From Entomortierella parvispora E1425 (taxonomy: Eukaryota > Fungi > Mortierellomycota), in contig BQFW01000006.1 of the NCBI GenBank assembly GCA_020891255.1, positions 2,232,001 to 2,296,000 on the forward strand: a DNA stretch of 64,000 nt, read 5' to 3'. The notes under the pieces were generated by a model, which was not told the DNA's origin, ran no database searches, and saw nothing but the letters and a program-made list of their open reading frames with translations. Every line of letters begins with the position of its first letter. The stretch's first letter is position 1. Both the position numbers and the translations under genes were made by a program. Below, piece after piece: positions 36,427 through 48,186 of this stretch.

Positions 36427-39425
36427 TTATCTGATCTCCAAGTGAATGGGTGGACTTTAAGCTGTCCGCCTTCCGCCCTCGGTATTCATTATCAGATCCA
36501 AGCGTTATCGGCCATCCTGGACCCGAGCAAAGGCAAGAAAAAAAAGATGGGGGGACAAGCAGGACAGGCACAGGCGCCAAGTTTTTTGAGTCCGATTGGC
36601 TCGGCAAGAGAATGCACCTGAAATGCCAATTCTTGTCCATGGAGACGCAGATGGTGAATGTTCTCTCACTCTGAGGAGAGTAGCGAAAACGACGTTGCAA
36701 ATCAAAGCAGGGTCTTTGTTTGTCTTCTCGTTGTTTTTCTTCATCATTTCACATCTGATAAGAGACGTGCTCCTTTTTTTTTTTTTCTTTTTTTTTTTTT
36801 TTAAACCAGCGAATCCCCGGTAACGTCCTCCGCTCACAAGCTGGCGGGGATGCGCCCACAGAAATGTTCCTGAGTTGTACTACCAGCACGCTACGCGTAC
36901 ACGTACAGGATGCATACTGCCCTCCACGCTGGATCTGATAAGCACTCTTTTCACTCACTTGTTTCGTTATCTCCATTGATTTGAAGCGACAGCAACACAG
37001 TGTCAGTCATTCGCAGAACACGTCCTTTAGTAAAAACTTGCATGTAGTCTGTCTTGGGATCTGACATTGGACTCAATGTTTTCTTGGGTTCGCTCGCACA
37101 ACTGCATGTACTCTTCGGCTAAGCAGCACAGCAGAGAAAAAGGTGAGCAAACACCGAAGAGACACTTTCAAAGAGACAGATCAATTCAGGACCGGCAGAG
37201 CTGGATCATACCCCCTTGTCTTCTTTGTTCGTATGTCTTCCCTCTGCCATCCTCCAAGCAAGTTCGCACCCAATTGCCCTGTGCAATTGCGAAGTACCAT
37301 TTCATGAAACGATTGGAGTTCCATGGCTGTGTTTGCAATTGTTCTGAACTTCCCATTTGAGACAAATGGGACAAAGAAAGTGTCCACCCCTGCAAGCGCC
37401 CTTGATCTTCCAGCTCCACATAGGAATAACAAACTTCAGGGCATATATAATTTGCTTGTCTTCCATCTCAGCTTTCGTTTGGCGGGGAGTATAGTCAGAG
37501 CGAGAGACATGTTTAATTGTGTTAAGGTGCTTCTGCTCTACAACGCAAGGACCTTGGGCCAATGGATACCCACTAAAGGAAGCTCTTGCCAACACTGCTC
37601 TTCAAGTTGCAGAAGAAGTGAGCGGGGATTGCAAGCTTAAGCTGCGAACATGTTCATATCCAGCGCAATTTGCACATCGAATGCCGACTAAAAGTACATG
37701 TTTGGTATATTTTGTCCGTTTACTACCGTACTTGATCCTTTGAAACGGCAGAATGGGCTGATGTCGAGAAAAAGACTGGCCATGAATCGAGTCTTTTTTT
37801 TTTACGCCATTTTATTGTTTGTCATCTTTTCTATCATGGCACCGATTCTCTGGTGGTAGAGCGCCTCATAAGCCGACTGGGCCAGAAGCGACCCCACATC
37901 CTGATAAGAATATTTTCGAAATAAGACCGTCTGCAGAATAGGGACGAGATCAACAGCAGCATCAAGCTATATAGGGGAAGGGTCAAGCAAATGTACGCAA
38001 TCCTGAACGACCACGGTCCCGCGCCTAAAGATCCTGTGAATCCAAGGACCTTGAGCAGTGGTCGGACAATCATCATAGTCGAAGATCCAGTGATAGAAAA
38101 CACAAACTGTTCGAGTGGCCGACGGCCAAAGAAGGGAGAAGGAAAAGGAAAGTTAGAATATCAAGTACATCATCGCCATCATCGTGGCTCTCAACAAATA
38201 TGACTCTGAAGGTCAGAGTGGGGCCTTTTTCACTTACAATGATGATAGTCCACTCCAGCCACCAATTGAAGCTGAAGCGCTCACGCACCATCTCGCGGTG
38301 GTGAGCCAGTCGGTCAGTGGCTACGACATGAACCTTTGGGAAACCATCATGTCTTGAGTTTGCCCCTGGTGCTGCTGTGTCTTCGATTTCTACGAGGGTG
38401 GTTGACGAGGGGTAGGATGAAGCTGCGCTTTGGAGCAACGGCTCGCGTTCGTGTTGTCCATTCAACGGCTGCACTGAATGTGTTGTGGATGACATTGTCT
38501 GGGACGTGGAGAATGGAATGATGCTGATGTGGAGTTAGGGAGGAGCGAGGGAGCGCAGACGAGGCGCGTTCCATTGCTTGCATCTTGGATGGTCGCCAGG
38601 CCCAGAATGAATGAACGAGCTCGTCACGGGATCAAATCTGATAAAGAAAAAAAAGAGATCAAGATGCTCACGTGAGACTTTCAATCTGATAAAGGGGAGG
38701 GTGGGAAAGAGAGCCGTCGGTCGGGCTGGAAATGGAGCCTGAAGATCGACAAACTGAACCTTCATAACTTCCAGACCCATCCATCTCCTTGTCCTTTTCG
38801 CCTCTGTGCTGCCCCCGTGCACCCAGACCAGAACTGCAGAGCTTTGCTGGGCACAGGTGCATCTTCCAGGGCCGTCCTTAACCTTGTTGTGGAAGATCTG
38901 ATGGCTTTAGTTTACTGAATAGCCTCCCTGTTTTTGTGTCCAATTGAGTACGAGACCACCTTCAGACCAGTAAAAAAAAACAATCTGAAAACGGCGTATG
39001 CGAAAGGTTTGTACTCTTCAAAAGGCATGTATGTCCATCAGCCCCCTTTCAGTAAAAGGAGCGGAGTCTAAGAGGGTGGCCATTAGGCACTCCTTAGTCA
39101 CAGAGGATCGGTTTTGGACAGCGACCCGTCAAAGAGGAGATAGAAAGGAGTGACCCGAGTCAGAAAGACAATTTTCTGTCCCTGAAGTTATCAGATGGAC
39201 ATTCCCGAGCCAGTCTTATCAGATTTTTTTTTTTTTTTCTGTCTCTCTCGTGTGATGACTGATGTGGAAAGGGCAAAGATTTTTAAAGCTCAACCGAAGA
39301 GGGCCTTCTGGGCGTCATTCAATCTCCTCTCTCTGTCGGTTTCTGCTGTCTCCGACAAGTCCCCCGTTCTTTGCCCAATTCTTTTGATTTTTTTTCTTTT
39401 AATTTTTTTTTTCTACATCTGATAA
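36427..39425. promoter_or_regulatory. Array of nine exact ATCWGATAA (SreA/Sre1-type iron-repressor GATA) sites
   Basis: Exact matches on either strand start at 36427, 36489, 36753, 36933, 38636, 38684, 39188, 39216 and 39417. Confidence 0.8.
37834..38495 (-). CDS. Small membrane protein resembling DUF6787
   Basis: Two exons (intron 38107-38237, gtaagt...cag) give WWLEWTIII|FVFSITGSSTMMIVRPLL...GPWSFRIAYICLTLPLYSLMLLLISSLF. This resembles the FAITGS...LPxY pattern I recall for DUF6787. The start codon is uncertain (38495 or 38583). Confidence 0.65.
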
Positions 39426-41985
39426 CTGATTCGAGCCTCGAGTGAAGCGGGAATGGCTTGGTCTTGGACACAACCTGGGCAGCATTGACACCCCGCTCTT
39501 TTAGCCTACTTCCCAAAAGGTACGTAGCCCAAGACAGCACCATGAAGTGAACAAAAATTACTCATACGCAACCCCGGGATTGCAATTGCCTCAATGGCGC
39601 CCAACAGAATAACGAAAAAGCTATTGTATTCTATAGTCCTTCATCAGCCCAATTGAATGAAAAAATCCCCACGGTTTGCTATTCCATCCAAGTTACCATG
39701 GCGGAGGAAAGGAGGGTGTTTCCACTAGATTGTCCAGGCAAACAAACAAAAAAAAAAAAAAATAGAAGGGGGACGGCACCGTCCGATGGACCCAGGAACA
39801 TCGATCAAAAGACATCCATCTGCATCTTTATAAAAGGGTTGGTCTCGCCCGGCCTCTTTCCCATTCCTCAGTCCTCACTGATGTTGATCATAACCACAAC
39901 AAGACATCGCGCTTTTGTACCCAAGGTGAGTCGATAGCGAATCAGCCGTGGAAGACACTGCAACACCTATTTCTCATTGTCCTCCCGGCCTCCTTGGGTA
40001 AAGTAGGGGGAGCTATGATCCAACGGGGTCACGACTTTGTGCTGACAAAGTCAATAAAGATGGCAGAAGCAGGATGAGCAGGGTGGTGCGTATATATTTT
40101 CTCCCCCCTGATTTCTTTTTGTCAATCATCTCATTTCTCCTCAGGTCGTGCAATGGGCGCTGCATGCATTCATAAGATATCCATGAACAACGTGGCAGGA
40201 CGAATGCAGGCCAAATGAAAAAAAAGGTCTCGCCTCCTGTTCTATCCATCTCCCCTTCTTTTACGCGAAGATGCACATGGATGCACTTGCAGACGCGACA
40301 AAAGAGGAATGCGAGATGACACCTTTTTTTTTGTCCCCTGGCGACACATGGTGGTTTTGGGGCAAAGGAGCTCGGAGGAGGTCAGGGCTTGGGCGCTGAT
40401 GAGAAAAAACCAGAAAAAAAAAAAGACGCGCCGTGGAGTCCCCTGCATGTTTTTTTTGCTGGCACGGGGCACTCAGGGAAAGTGTGCATCGCGCTCACAG
40501 CACCGTCGACATCAACAAACAAACAAACAAACCACTGACAGATGTGTGCTGTTGTTGTGGACGCTCTGTTGAGTTGACAAACAACATTAAAGAATACCTG
40601 TGTGCTCGGAGAACGGAGAAGGGATGGAGCAGGGTGTGGGACAGCTGCTTGCGAAGAGCCGAATCACCATCGATAGTCAGTAGTCCGTGATCACCTTATT
40701 TTTTCCTTTATCGTGAAATCTCTATCTCTCTCACCCCTGGTGTTCGTCAGTCCTGAAGGCAAAAAAATACGCCATGGGGACGAGGGACAAGCTCGTGTGT
40801 AAGAAGAGCCGTTTGTAAGAATCCCTTCCTTTTGGAGCAACAAATATACATGACACAGTGCCTGCACAGGCATCAAAACCAACGATGCGCGATTTGAACT
40901 TGTTTGCATTTGTCGTGTTGGACATCTTGAACCCTGGGCTTGTGGGTCGGATGATCGCTAGAGGAGCAAAGGAGTGGACGTAGCTCAATCTCCGATTGCT
41001 TGAGACATCGCAGCCAACGCCTCATTGGAACGGAGAGAAGAAAGAGTGGAGAGAAGACAGAGAGATGATGGGGAAGGTGGAAGGGGGTGGAGATTAGAAA
41101 GACCCTGCCAGGTCCAAAATGAAGATCCAGGCCAAAGAGTGCATCGATCGTCGAGGTGTAGTGCAGCGACAACAAGAGACATGATATCTCTCCTCCGGAA
41201 CAATCTTCTCGCCACTCGTATCTCGCCAAGTCCGGCATGTCGCGGCTTCAATGCAGGGGATATCCCAATTCCAGAGATCGGTGGTGTTTTCCCTTTTTCA
41301 ATCTGGACATAGCACTTTTTCTTCGAGCAATTGAAAAGCAAGTATCTTTCGATGATTGATAAAAAACAAACGTGCGCCAACGTCGGCCCCGACAGACTCT
41401 CTGCAAGGAAGGCAGAAGTAAGCCAAAGCGACGATGAAGGGGCGACGATAGCGGGACAGTCGACAAATGACGGAATGCCGTGCACAGAAACGGTAAAGTA
41501 AAAGCACTGGACCATCTCCTCGTCGGCCAAATAGACTCGATTTTTTTTGATACCCCGTTCCCTTCCACGGCCTTCATCTTTCCATTCACCCACTCGGGCC
41601 TAAGCCGCTGGCTCCAGTTCAGTCTTTCCCTTTTGTCCGCCCCTTCTTCTAGGCTCAGTCGCCATTGAATGGTCTGGGCCGACCAGGCAACTAAAGGAGG
41701 GCGAAAATGGAGGCAGGCCTCGGGCAAAGACCAACGCCACGGATGACTGGGATTCGATTTGATCAATACGGCTGTCCCTTGAACGTATATAAGGCCGGCA
41801 ACTTGCGCCTCTGCTGCTCGACCCCCACCCCTTCTCCCTCTCCTCTCTCGTTTGCGGTCGGTCGCTCTTTCCCTTCTCTCCACCTCTACTCGCCCATTGT
41901 CCTACATCTTGTGTTGGCATCCTTTACCATCTCCCTTCTTCCACTCTTATTCTCTCACCAATAATCCGAGTCGTCTTCATAAACC

Positions 41986-44736
41986 ATGGTTTCCGTCATC
42001 GGTGTTCTTCAAACCGTGGTGATCAGCATGTGCCTCGCCTGCTATGTGGGCTGGCAGTTTGCAGACTACTTTATGCTCTGGCAAGCCAACATCAAGTCTC
42101 ATTTCGTCTTTGGTCAAATTGACCTTTACTGGTCCGTTGTCTGTCTCCTACCGATCCTCTTGGGGCACTTTGTTACGATTTGGGGTAACTACTTCCGAGC
42201 CACTGCACAATTCGAACACTCGATTGCCAAGGTCACAACCCCGGCAAACAAGCACCAACAGATCTCGTTTTGGGAACGTCATGACGGTTGGTTTGGTTTT
42301 ACGGTTAAGTTTTGGTGCCTTGCCGGTTTGATTACAGTCATGAACCTTTACTGGTTTATTCTGACCACGGTCTTGAGTCGAGATGGCTATGTCGCCAGTC
42401 TGAACAACTCGACTCAGGCGACGGTTCGAGCCATTGCTTACGGAAGTTCGCAGGCGGTGTTGCTGGACCTGTCTATTATCTTGTTCTTGGTCTTGCGCCG
42501 GTCGATGCTGCACGCACTTGGGTTCACGTACCCAGAGCTGATTCCTCTGCATCGCTGGCTGGGTGTAACCATGCTGGGATGGGCTACGATCCATGGAGCG
42601 TTCTACTCGGCGTGGCTGACCATGACAGGCCAGTTCACGAGCAACATTGCGTTCACTGACAAGACACGCGGCACCCGCGACATGCCTGGTGTTTTCGCTT
42701 GGGTAAGTGAGCGGATCTGATAATTTCCCTGCCCCTGTCTCGAATGTCTGTCCATCTGCCCACCCCCTTGGCCGATTTGGGTGTCCGCCCCTGTGCGGTT
42801 GACTGTCGGTTTCCTTATCTGATCAAAACATTTTTTTTTTTTTCTCGTATGTTTGTTTATCCGCCTTCGTGGTCTCTGACTCTGTCCCTGCGTTCTCGTC
42901 GTCCAGTTCGGAATGGTCATCATGGCCTTCTTTGCCCTGCCCCAGTTCCGCCGCGCGGTCTATCCCATCTTCCTCTACATCCATCGCGCTGGTACCTTTG
43001 TGTTCATGATTGGCCTCATGATGCACTACCCCTCGGTCATGTTGTGGTACTACGCTCTTCCCGGGTTTGTCCTCTTCCTCCTCGATCGCTTCGTCCCAAA
43101 GATCATGCAGGCCAGATCCATCAGCCCGATCGCAACTTGCTCCCTCAACACCGATGCGGACATCATCCGGGTCAAGTTCTCCTCCCATGAACCCATGAAG
43201 CCCTACTACCCTGGTGATTACATCACTGTCCAGGTTCCCGGCCTCGGCAACATCTACCATCCATTCACGATCGCCTCTTACTGGCCCGAGGATCCTTACT
43301 CGATGACGCTGTACATGAGAGTGTTTGGTGACTCCAAGTTCAGTTGGACGAAGGATCTGGCCAAGCTTTGTGGAAACGACGACAAGCGAATCAGTATCCG
43401 CGCCAATGTCGATGGTGTCTTTGGTGATCGTCGTCACGACTACCTCAAGTCTGAAACGATGATCATCTTTGTCGCCGGTGCTGCCATTACCACCTTCATG
43501 GCCTTGATCAAGGCCATTGCTGCCCAGATTGCCGCCTCGCCTGAGCCTCTCCGCATGCAATTGCATTTGATCTGCACGTTCCGTACTCGCAGTGAGTTGC
43601 ACGCCTATGGCTCTTTCCTGCACCAGATTACTCGCGATCCTCGCTTCACCACCTGGCTGCACGTCGAGATCTATGTCTCCCGCCCTGACAAGCCTCAGAC
43701 GTTGATGGGTGCCCACGCCCACGTTGTCAAGAACGATATCATGGTTCCTGGTCAGACCAAGAAGAAGGACAAGAAGAAGCGCTTTGCCTCCTTCAAGCGC
43801 ACAGGCACCATGCTCAAGCGCGCTCTTTCTGGTCGCACCATCGTCGAAATCCCTCCACCATCGCTTGCTGCCAACGCCTCAGCAATTGAAGCAGAGGCAA
43901 GATCCACGGATGTGAGCAATATCTCCTTGGAGCGTTCAAGCTCTGTCAAGTCGGCTGTCGATACTTTGAACAACCAGGAGCGACTCGATGAGTCTGGTAT
44001 CACTGTTGATTCCTCGTCCTCTGATCAGGCCAGAGGATCGAACGATAACGAATTGTCTTCGATCCCTGAAAAACCAAAGATGAACATGACATACAATGAG
44101 AACCCTCTGCCAACGTTCCAGGCTGCAGGTACGGCCACCGTCTCCAAGAACTTGGCCAAATTCGACCTTTTGACCAGCGCGGTCTTGGTCGCGGTCCCAA
44201 TGGCAATCTACTACGCCATCCGCACAGTGAAGTGGGAGGGCAGCCCTCACTACTGTCCCACTACCAAGTCCAAGAGCAGTTTCACGATCTTTGTTTGCCA
44301 ATGGACGTACGCTCTCCTCCCTGGATTCTTCCATCTCTTTGCGTTCTTGTTGCTTGGATACGGTGGTATCTATATGGCCCGCAAGGCTCATCGCAGATCG
44401 CAAACCGGTGGCTCTGATGTGGAGACGGCTGTGCCGTATCCAGATTTTGCGGCCGAGGATGAAAAGATCTCTGTTGAGGATGGAAACTGGGATGAGGGTG
44501 ATGTTGTCTACAGCCGTGGAAGGATGGATGTCCGCAAGGTGATCCAGTCTTTTGTGGACCTTGGCATCGGTAGCAAGGTCTCCCATAAGTCTGATCAAGG
44601 ACCTGGAGCCAAGCAGCACCGCGGTCTGGTCTCAGTCTTTGCTGGTGGTCCCGAGGGCTATGTGGATATGATTGAGCGCCAGTGCAAAAAAGCGGCTTGG
44701 TCAGTTGAGTTCCATCGCGAGACCTGGGCCCCTTAG
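41986..44736 (+). CDS. Ferric/cupric reductase (FRO/FRE type), paralogue 2
   Basis: LHRWLG, TIHGAF, YIHRAG, MHYP, YHPFTIAS, VAGAAITTF and GGPEG...EFHRETW. Intron 42703-42906. Confidence 0.9.
42715..42823. promoter_or_regulatory. Two intronic ATCWGATAA sites in reductase paralogue 2
   Basis: ATCTGATAA at 42715-42723 and TTATCTGAT at 42815-42823, inside the 204-nt intron. Confidence 0.6.
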
Positions 44737-45033
44737 ATGCACTATTTCTTGCTGTCAGAGCCTTGACGGTCGACTCTTCTCTCACTGCTCTAATCTTCCC
44801 TTCTCATAATCATTGTACAATATCCTTCCTCATTTTCTCGTATCTATGCATCTCATCTACAATAAATTGCCTTCAATCTTCACTTTCCACAATCTCATAT
44901 GGTAATCATGGATAATCAGTTTATTTGCTTCATTGGCAGCGGTTTGACCGCACCTTCTCTCCGACTTGAAGTCAAATGCCTTCATTTTTGCGACCTCTTA
45001 CCTTGCTGTCAGCTCGTCCAACTCATATACATT

Positions 45034-45492
45034 TCACTCGGGACAGTGGCGGTCAGCCTCTGTCCTTCGTCTCTTGGGACCTTGACGCTCTTCTTCAGCT
45101 TCACGATACTCAGTGACATTCGTCCCAACTTTTTTTTTTTCGTCGTCCATCGTACGTCTGGCGTCTACGAGGGTCAAAGCCCGCTTTCCTGTGCCTTCCC
45201 ACACGTCGCTGCCGTTAATATAGGCCTTGGTCTCCTTCTCAGACATGAATAGCTTGATCGGAAGTGTAAAATCCATGTAGATCGGTCTCAAGGGAGACCG
45301 TTTGCGTCTCTCCAAAAACGCGACAGAGATTTTTTGGATGAAGTTCTTGCCTTTGTCCATTGCTTCCACCTTCCACCACTCACACACGTCGCCCTGAGAG
45401 TACCAAGACTCTGTATTGCAATCCTGGACAATACAATTCTCCAGAGTGCAGTCCTCATCTGGTATGCTCTGGACCCTAATCCTGAGCCTCAT
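45034..45492 (-). CDS. Possible orphan ORF or gene remnant (152 aa)
   Basis: ATG-initiated ORF with protein-like composition and no recognisable domain. Confidence 0.25.
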   Translation of the reverse strand: MRLRIRVQSIPDEDCTLENCIVQDCNTESWYSQGDVCEWWKVEAMDKGKNFIQKISVAFLERRKRSPLRPIYMDFTLPIKLFMSEKETKAYINGSDVWEGTGKRALTLVDARRTMDDEKKKVGTNVTEYREAEEERQGPKRRRTEADRHCPE

Positions 45493-46167
45493 GTGTATTT
45501 ATCCTTACTGTAGCGATGAATGACTGAGCAATTGAGAGGCGAGGGAGCGAGTGGATGGTGCAGAGCTGGTAGGATGAGGTCTTTTAATAAATAAAAAAAA
45601 CACTGGAAGGCCGCGACTTCTCATGTTTGTCCTTGGATGAACAAACCTTGTTTGCCTCTGCGCCTCCGCGTCTCACGGTCTGTGTTCTTGAAGGTTGGTG
45701 TCACGAGAAGCCAACTCTTTCCAGACTCCAACATGTAGGAGACAACCTCCGACTCCAGAGAGACACCACGCGTGCAAGGTGGCCATTGCACCTCCAAGCC
45801 CTGCAGCTCTTTCAATATCTCAATGGACCATTCAAACCAAAAAAAAAAAAAGGACAACGTGGAAGAGAGCAATAAACACCATGGCCCTGCACTGCCACCA
45901 CTGCCACTTACACGTACCTGCTCCTCAAGAGTCAAGACTAACGTGAGAGCCAGTCAAGGTGAAGCACCAACAACCGGCGACGAACAGCGTCGAACAACAG
46001 AGAACAATCTGGAGGGTTCCCATCACTCGCTGCGCCTTCGTTGCACTTGACTCACGAGAGGGGCGCGTCTAGATTCACTATTTATTCATCCCTCATTCCT
46101 TCGCTTGCATCATCTCTCATCATCCCTCTTCCCTTCCTCTGATTGAGCGACATTCTCCACAAGAAAC

Positions 46168-48186
46168 ATGTCGACAACCACTACCGAAACAACTCTTGCT
46201 CTCCCGCAATCTCCCTCTCTCATTAACCAGAATCATGCCGACACCCCCGAAGTGAATCAGGCTCTTCTCGACAAAGCTGCCAGTATCGCCAACCTCTGTC
46301 GCCCAGCCCTCAACACCTTGGCTCTTCATCTCACGGAGCTCGACGCCTCGCAGACTTATTCGGCCGAGGAGATTCTCGCCTTCCCTCTGACAGAGTTTCG
46401 TATCCCGGACGAGCTACATGACCTACCCCGTCGCCGGTCTACCCGACATGAACTTGCCTCGGCTATTGCAGCACTCCTGTACCCTGTCCACGAGGGTTCA
46501 CTGACGGCCATCATTCGATACGACGCCGAGCGTGTGCGTTTACGCGCATGGGTCGCGCTGCAGAAGAAATATGACGTGCTGCTGGCTGCTCAAAGCAAGG
46601 GACATGCCATTACTGGAGACATCAATACCGACCGACCCTACGTGCCACTGTGGGTCACCCGTATTAGGGCGCAGGGGCCTTGGGACCCTGAAAAAAAGCC
46701 TGTTTCCACAAGCGGAGTGCAGGCAATTCCCATGCCGGTGCAAATTGCCGAGGAGGACGAATTGACGCCATTCTTTTCTCACTTGGAATCGAACGGTTCG
46801 CATGTTTTGGACGAGGAAAGCACGGAGGGCGTAGAGCTCGACGGTGGAAAGGGAGAGCCGCACTATGGTACCAAGGGCGCCGAGTTCCGCAAAGGTGTTG
46901 TCTATGAGGATGGCCGCATGGACTTGTGCAAAATGGTCGTTGGCCCTGACCACATCTGGAAGTTGATGGAGAGCCTGCGCTCCAACGAATTTGTTCGCCA
47001 CTTCTTGCTCGGCAATAATATCATCGGTCCATCCGGTGCTCAGGCCATCGCCTGGTTTATCCGACAGCAGCCAGACCGCATGGATACTTGGTACCTTGCC
47101 GGCAACTGTATCGATGGGGACAGCTTCCAAATCCTTGTCGACGCTATGGTCGAGTCGCCTACTATCACCAATGTCTGGATGAAACGAAACCCACTTGGAC
47201 CGGAAGCCGCGAAGGATGTCTTTAGACTGATCACCGAGACTGAGAAATTGCGAACGCTGGATCTCGATCAAACGGAATTGGGCGACAAAGGCGTCACAGA
47301 TCTGTTCAACAGGATGGCAGAGTATATCGGACCCGAGGACAGCAAACTGCCGCTGCGAAACCTGTACCTCAATGGCAGCGGCATCTCATTCAATGGTGCT
47401 GCAGCTATCGGCAAGTTCCTTGCATCGTCACATTGTGACCTATCGTCCATTTACTTGTCAACCAACCCACTGGGAGATGTGGGAGTAAAATCTCTAGCAC
47501 AGGAACTGCCCTATGTACCGAATCTGACTCGATTGTTCTTGCAGTCTGTTGGAGTCAGCACCCAAGGCGCAGTGGCGCTTTTCAAATCATTGACTGGACA
47601 TACCAGCATTCGCGCCTTGGATGTGGGTCAATCGTATATCGCGCACGATCTTGGCCAGGCATACAATTACATTGAGGACGAGGCTGTGCCCTCCATTTTG
47701 GCATTTTTGCAGTCAGCCCCGCAGCTGGAGTATTTCAATCTCGGTCAATGTGCGATCACAGAGCCAGGTCTCGTCGAGATTGCCAATGCCGTTGCGACGA
47801 GTTCGTCCATGTTGTACTACCGTGCAGAGTCTGTGGTGGCAGCGCCGACCAATAAGGCGGCACCTATTGGACTCTCAAACTACACCCAGTACCAGAACGC
47901 CGAGGCGCTTGCAAGGGCAAGTGTGAAAGCAGAAAATGCAGTCCGGGTGACTCTTGAGGCCAACGTCCGAGCTCGTTACGGTCAGGAAAGGTCGTACCCG
48001 CAATTTCTCGCGGACGAGAAGCGCTGGCTGGTCAGTGATCGCGATGTGCGCAAGATTGACAGTGTGTATCGCAATAGGGATATGGGCTTGGCACGCCGAA
48101 AGCTGATGACACTCGTCAAGGACTGGGAAGAGGGGGATGATACTCTGGATAAGGTCATGAATGCTTGCCCGATGAGAAGGAGATAA
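46168..48186 (+). CDS. Intronless RNI-like leucine-rich repeat protein (672 aa)
   Basis: DGRMDLCKMVVGP, then LRR units FLLGNNIIG, WYLAGNCID, VWMKRNPLG, LDLDQTELG, LYLNGSGIS, IYLSTNPLG, LFLQSVGVS and FNLGQCAIT. Confidence 0.85.
   Translation: MSTTTTETTLALPQSPSLINQNHADTPEVNQALLDKAASIANLCRPALNTLALHLTELDASQTYSAEEILAFPLTEFRIPDELHDLPRRRSTRHELASAIAALLYPVHEGSLTAIIRYDAERVRLRAWVALQKKYDVLLAAQSKGHAITGDINTDRPYVPLWVTRIRAQGPWDPEKKPVSTSGVQAIPMPVQIAEEDELTPFFSHLESNGSHVLDEESTEGVELDGGKGEPHYGTKGAEFRKGVVYEDGRMDLCKMVVGPDHIWKLMESLRSNEFVRHFLLGNNIIGPSGAQAIAWFIRQQPDRMDTWYLAGNCIDGDSFQILVDAMVESPTITNVWMKRNPLGPEAAKDVFRLITETEKLRTLDLDQTELGDKGVTDLFNRMAEYIGPEDSKLPLRNLYLNGSGISFNGAAAIGKFLASSHCDLSSIYLSTNPLGDVGVKSLAQELPYVPNLTRLFLQSVGVSTQGAVALFKSLTGHTSIRALDVGQSYIAHDLGQAYNYIEDEAVPSILAFLQSAPQLEYFNLGQCAITEPGLVEIANAVATSSSMLYYRAESVVAAPTNKAAPIGLSNYTQYQNAEALARASVKAENAVRVTLEANVRARYGQERSYPQFLADEKRWLVSDRDVRKIDSVYRNRDMGLARRKLMTLVKDWEEGDDTLDKVMNACPMRRR

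Noticed and set aside
35786-37151. Mac1-like copper elements TTTGCTCG (35786) and TGAGCAAA (37144)
   Set aside because: Similar 8-mers occur elsewhere (about 18366 and in an ILV2 intron) at roughly chance frequency, and they are unpaired.
36950-37750. Short ORFs between reductase 1 and the DUF6787-like gene
   Set aside because: No domain, codon-bias or coherent splice signals.
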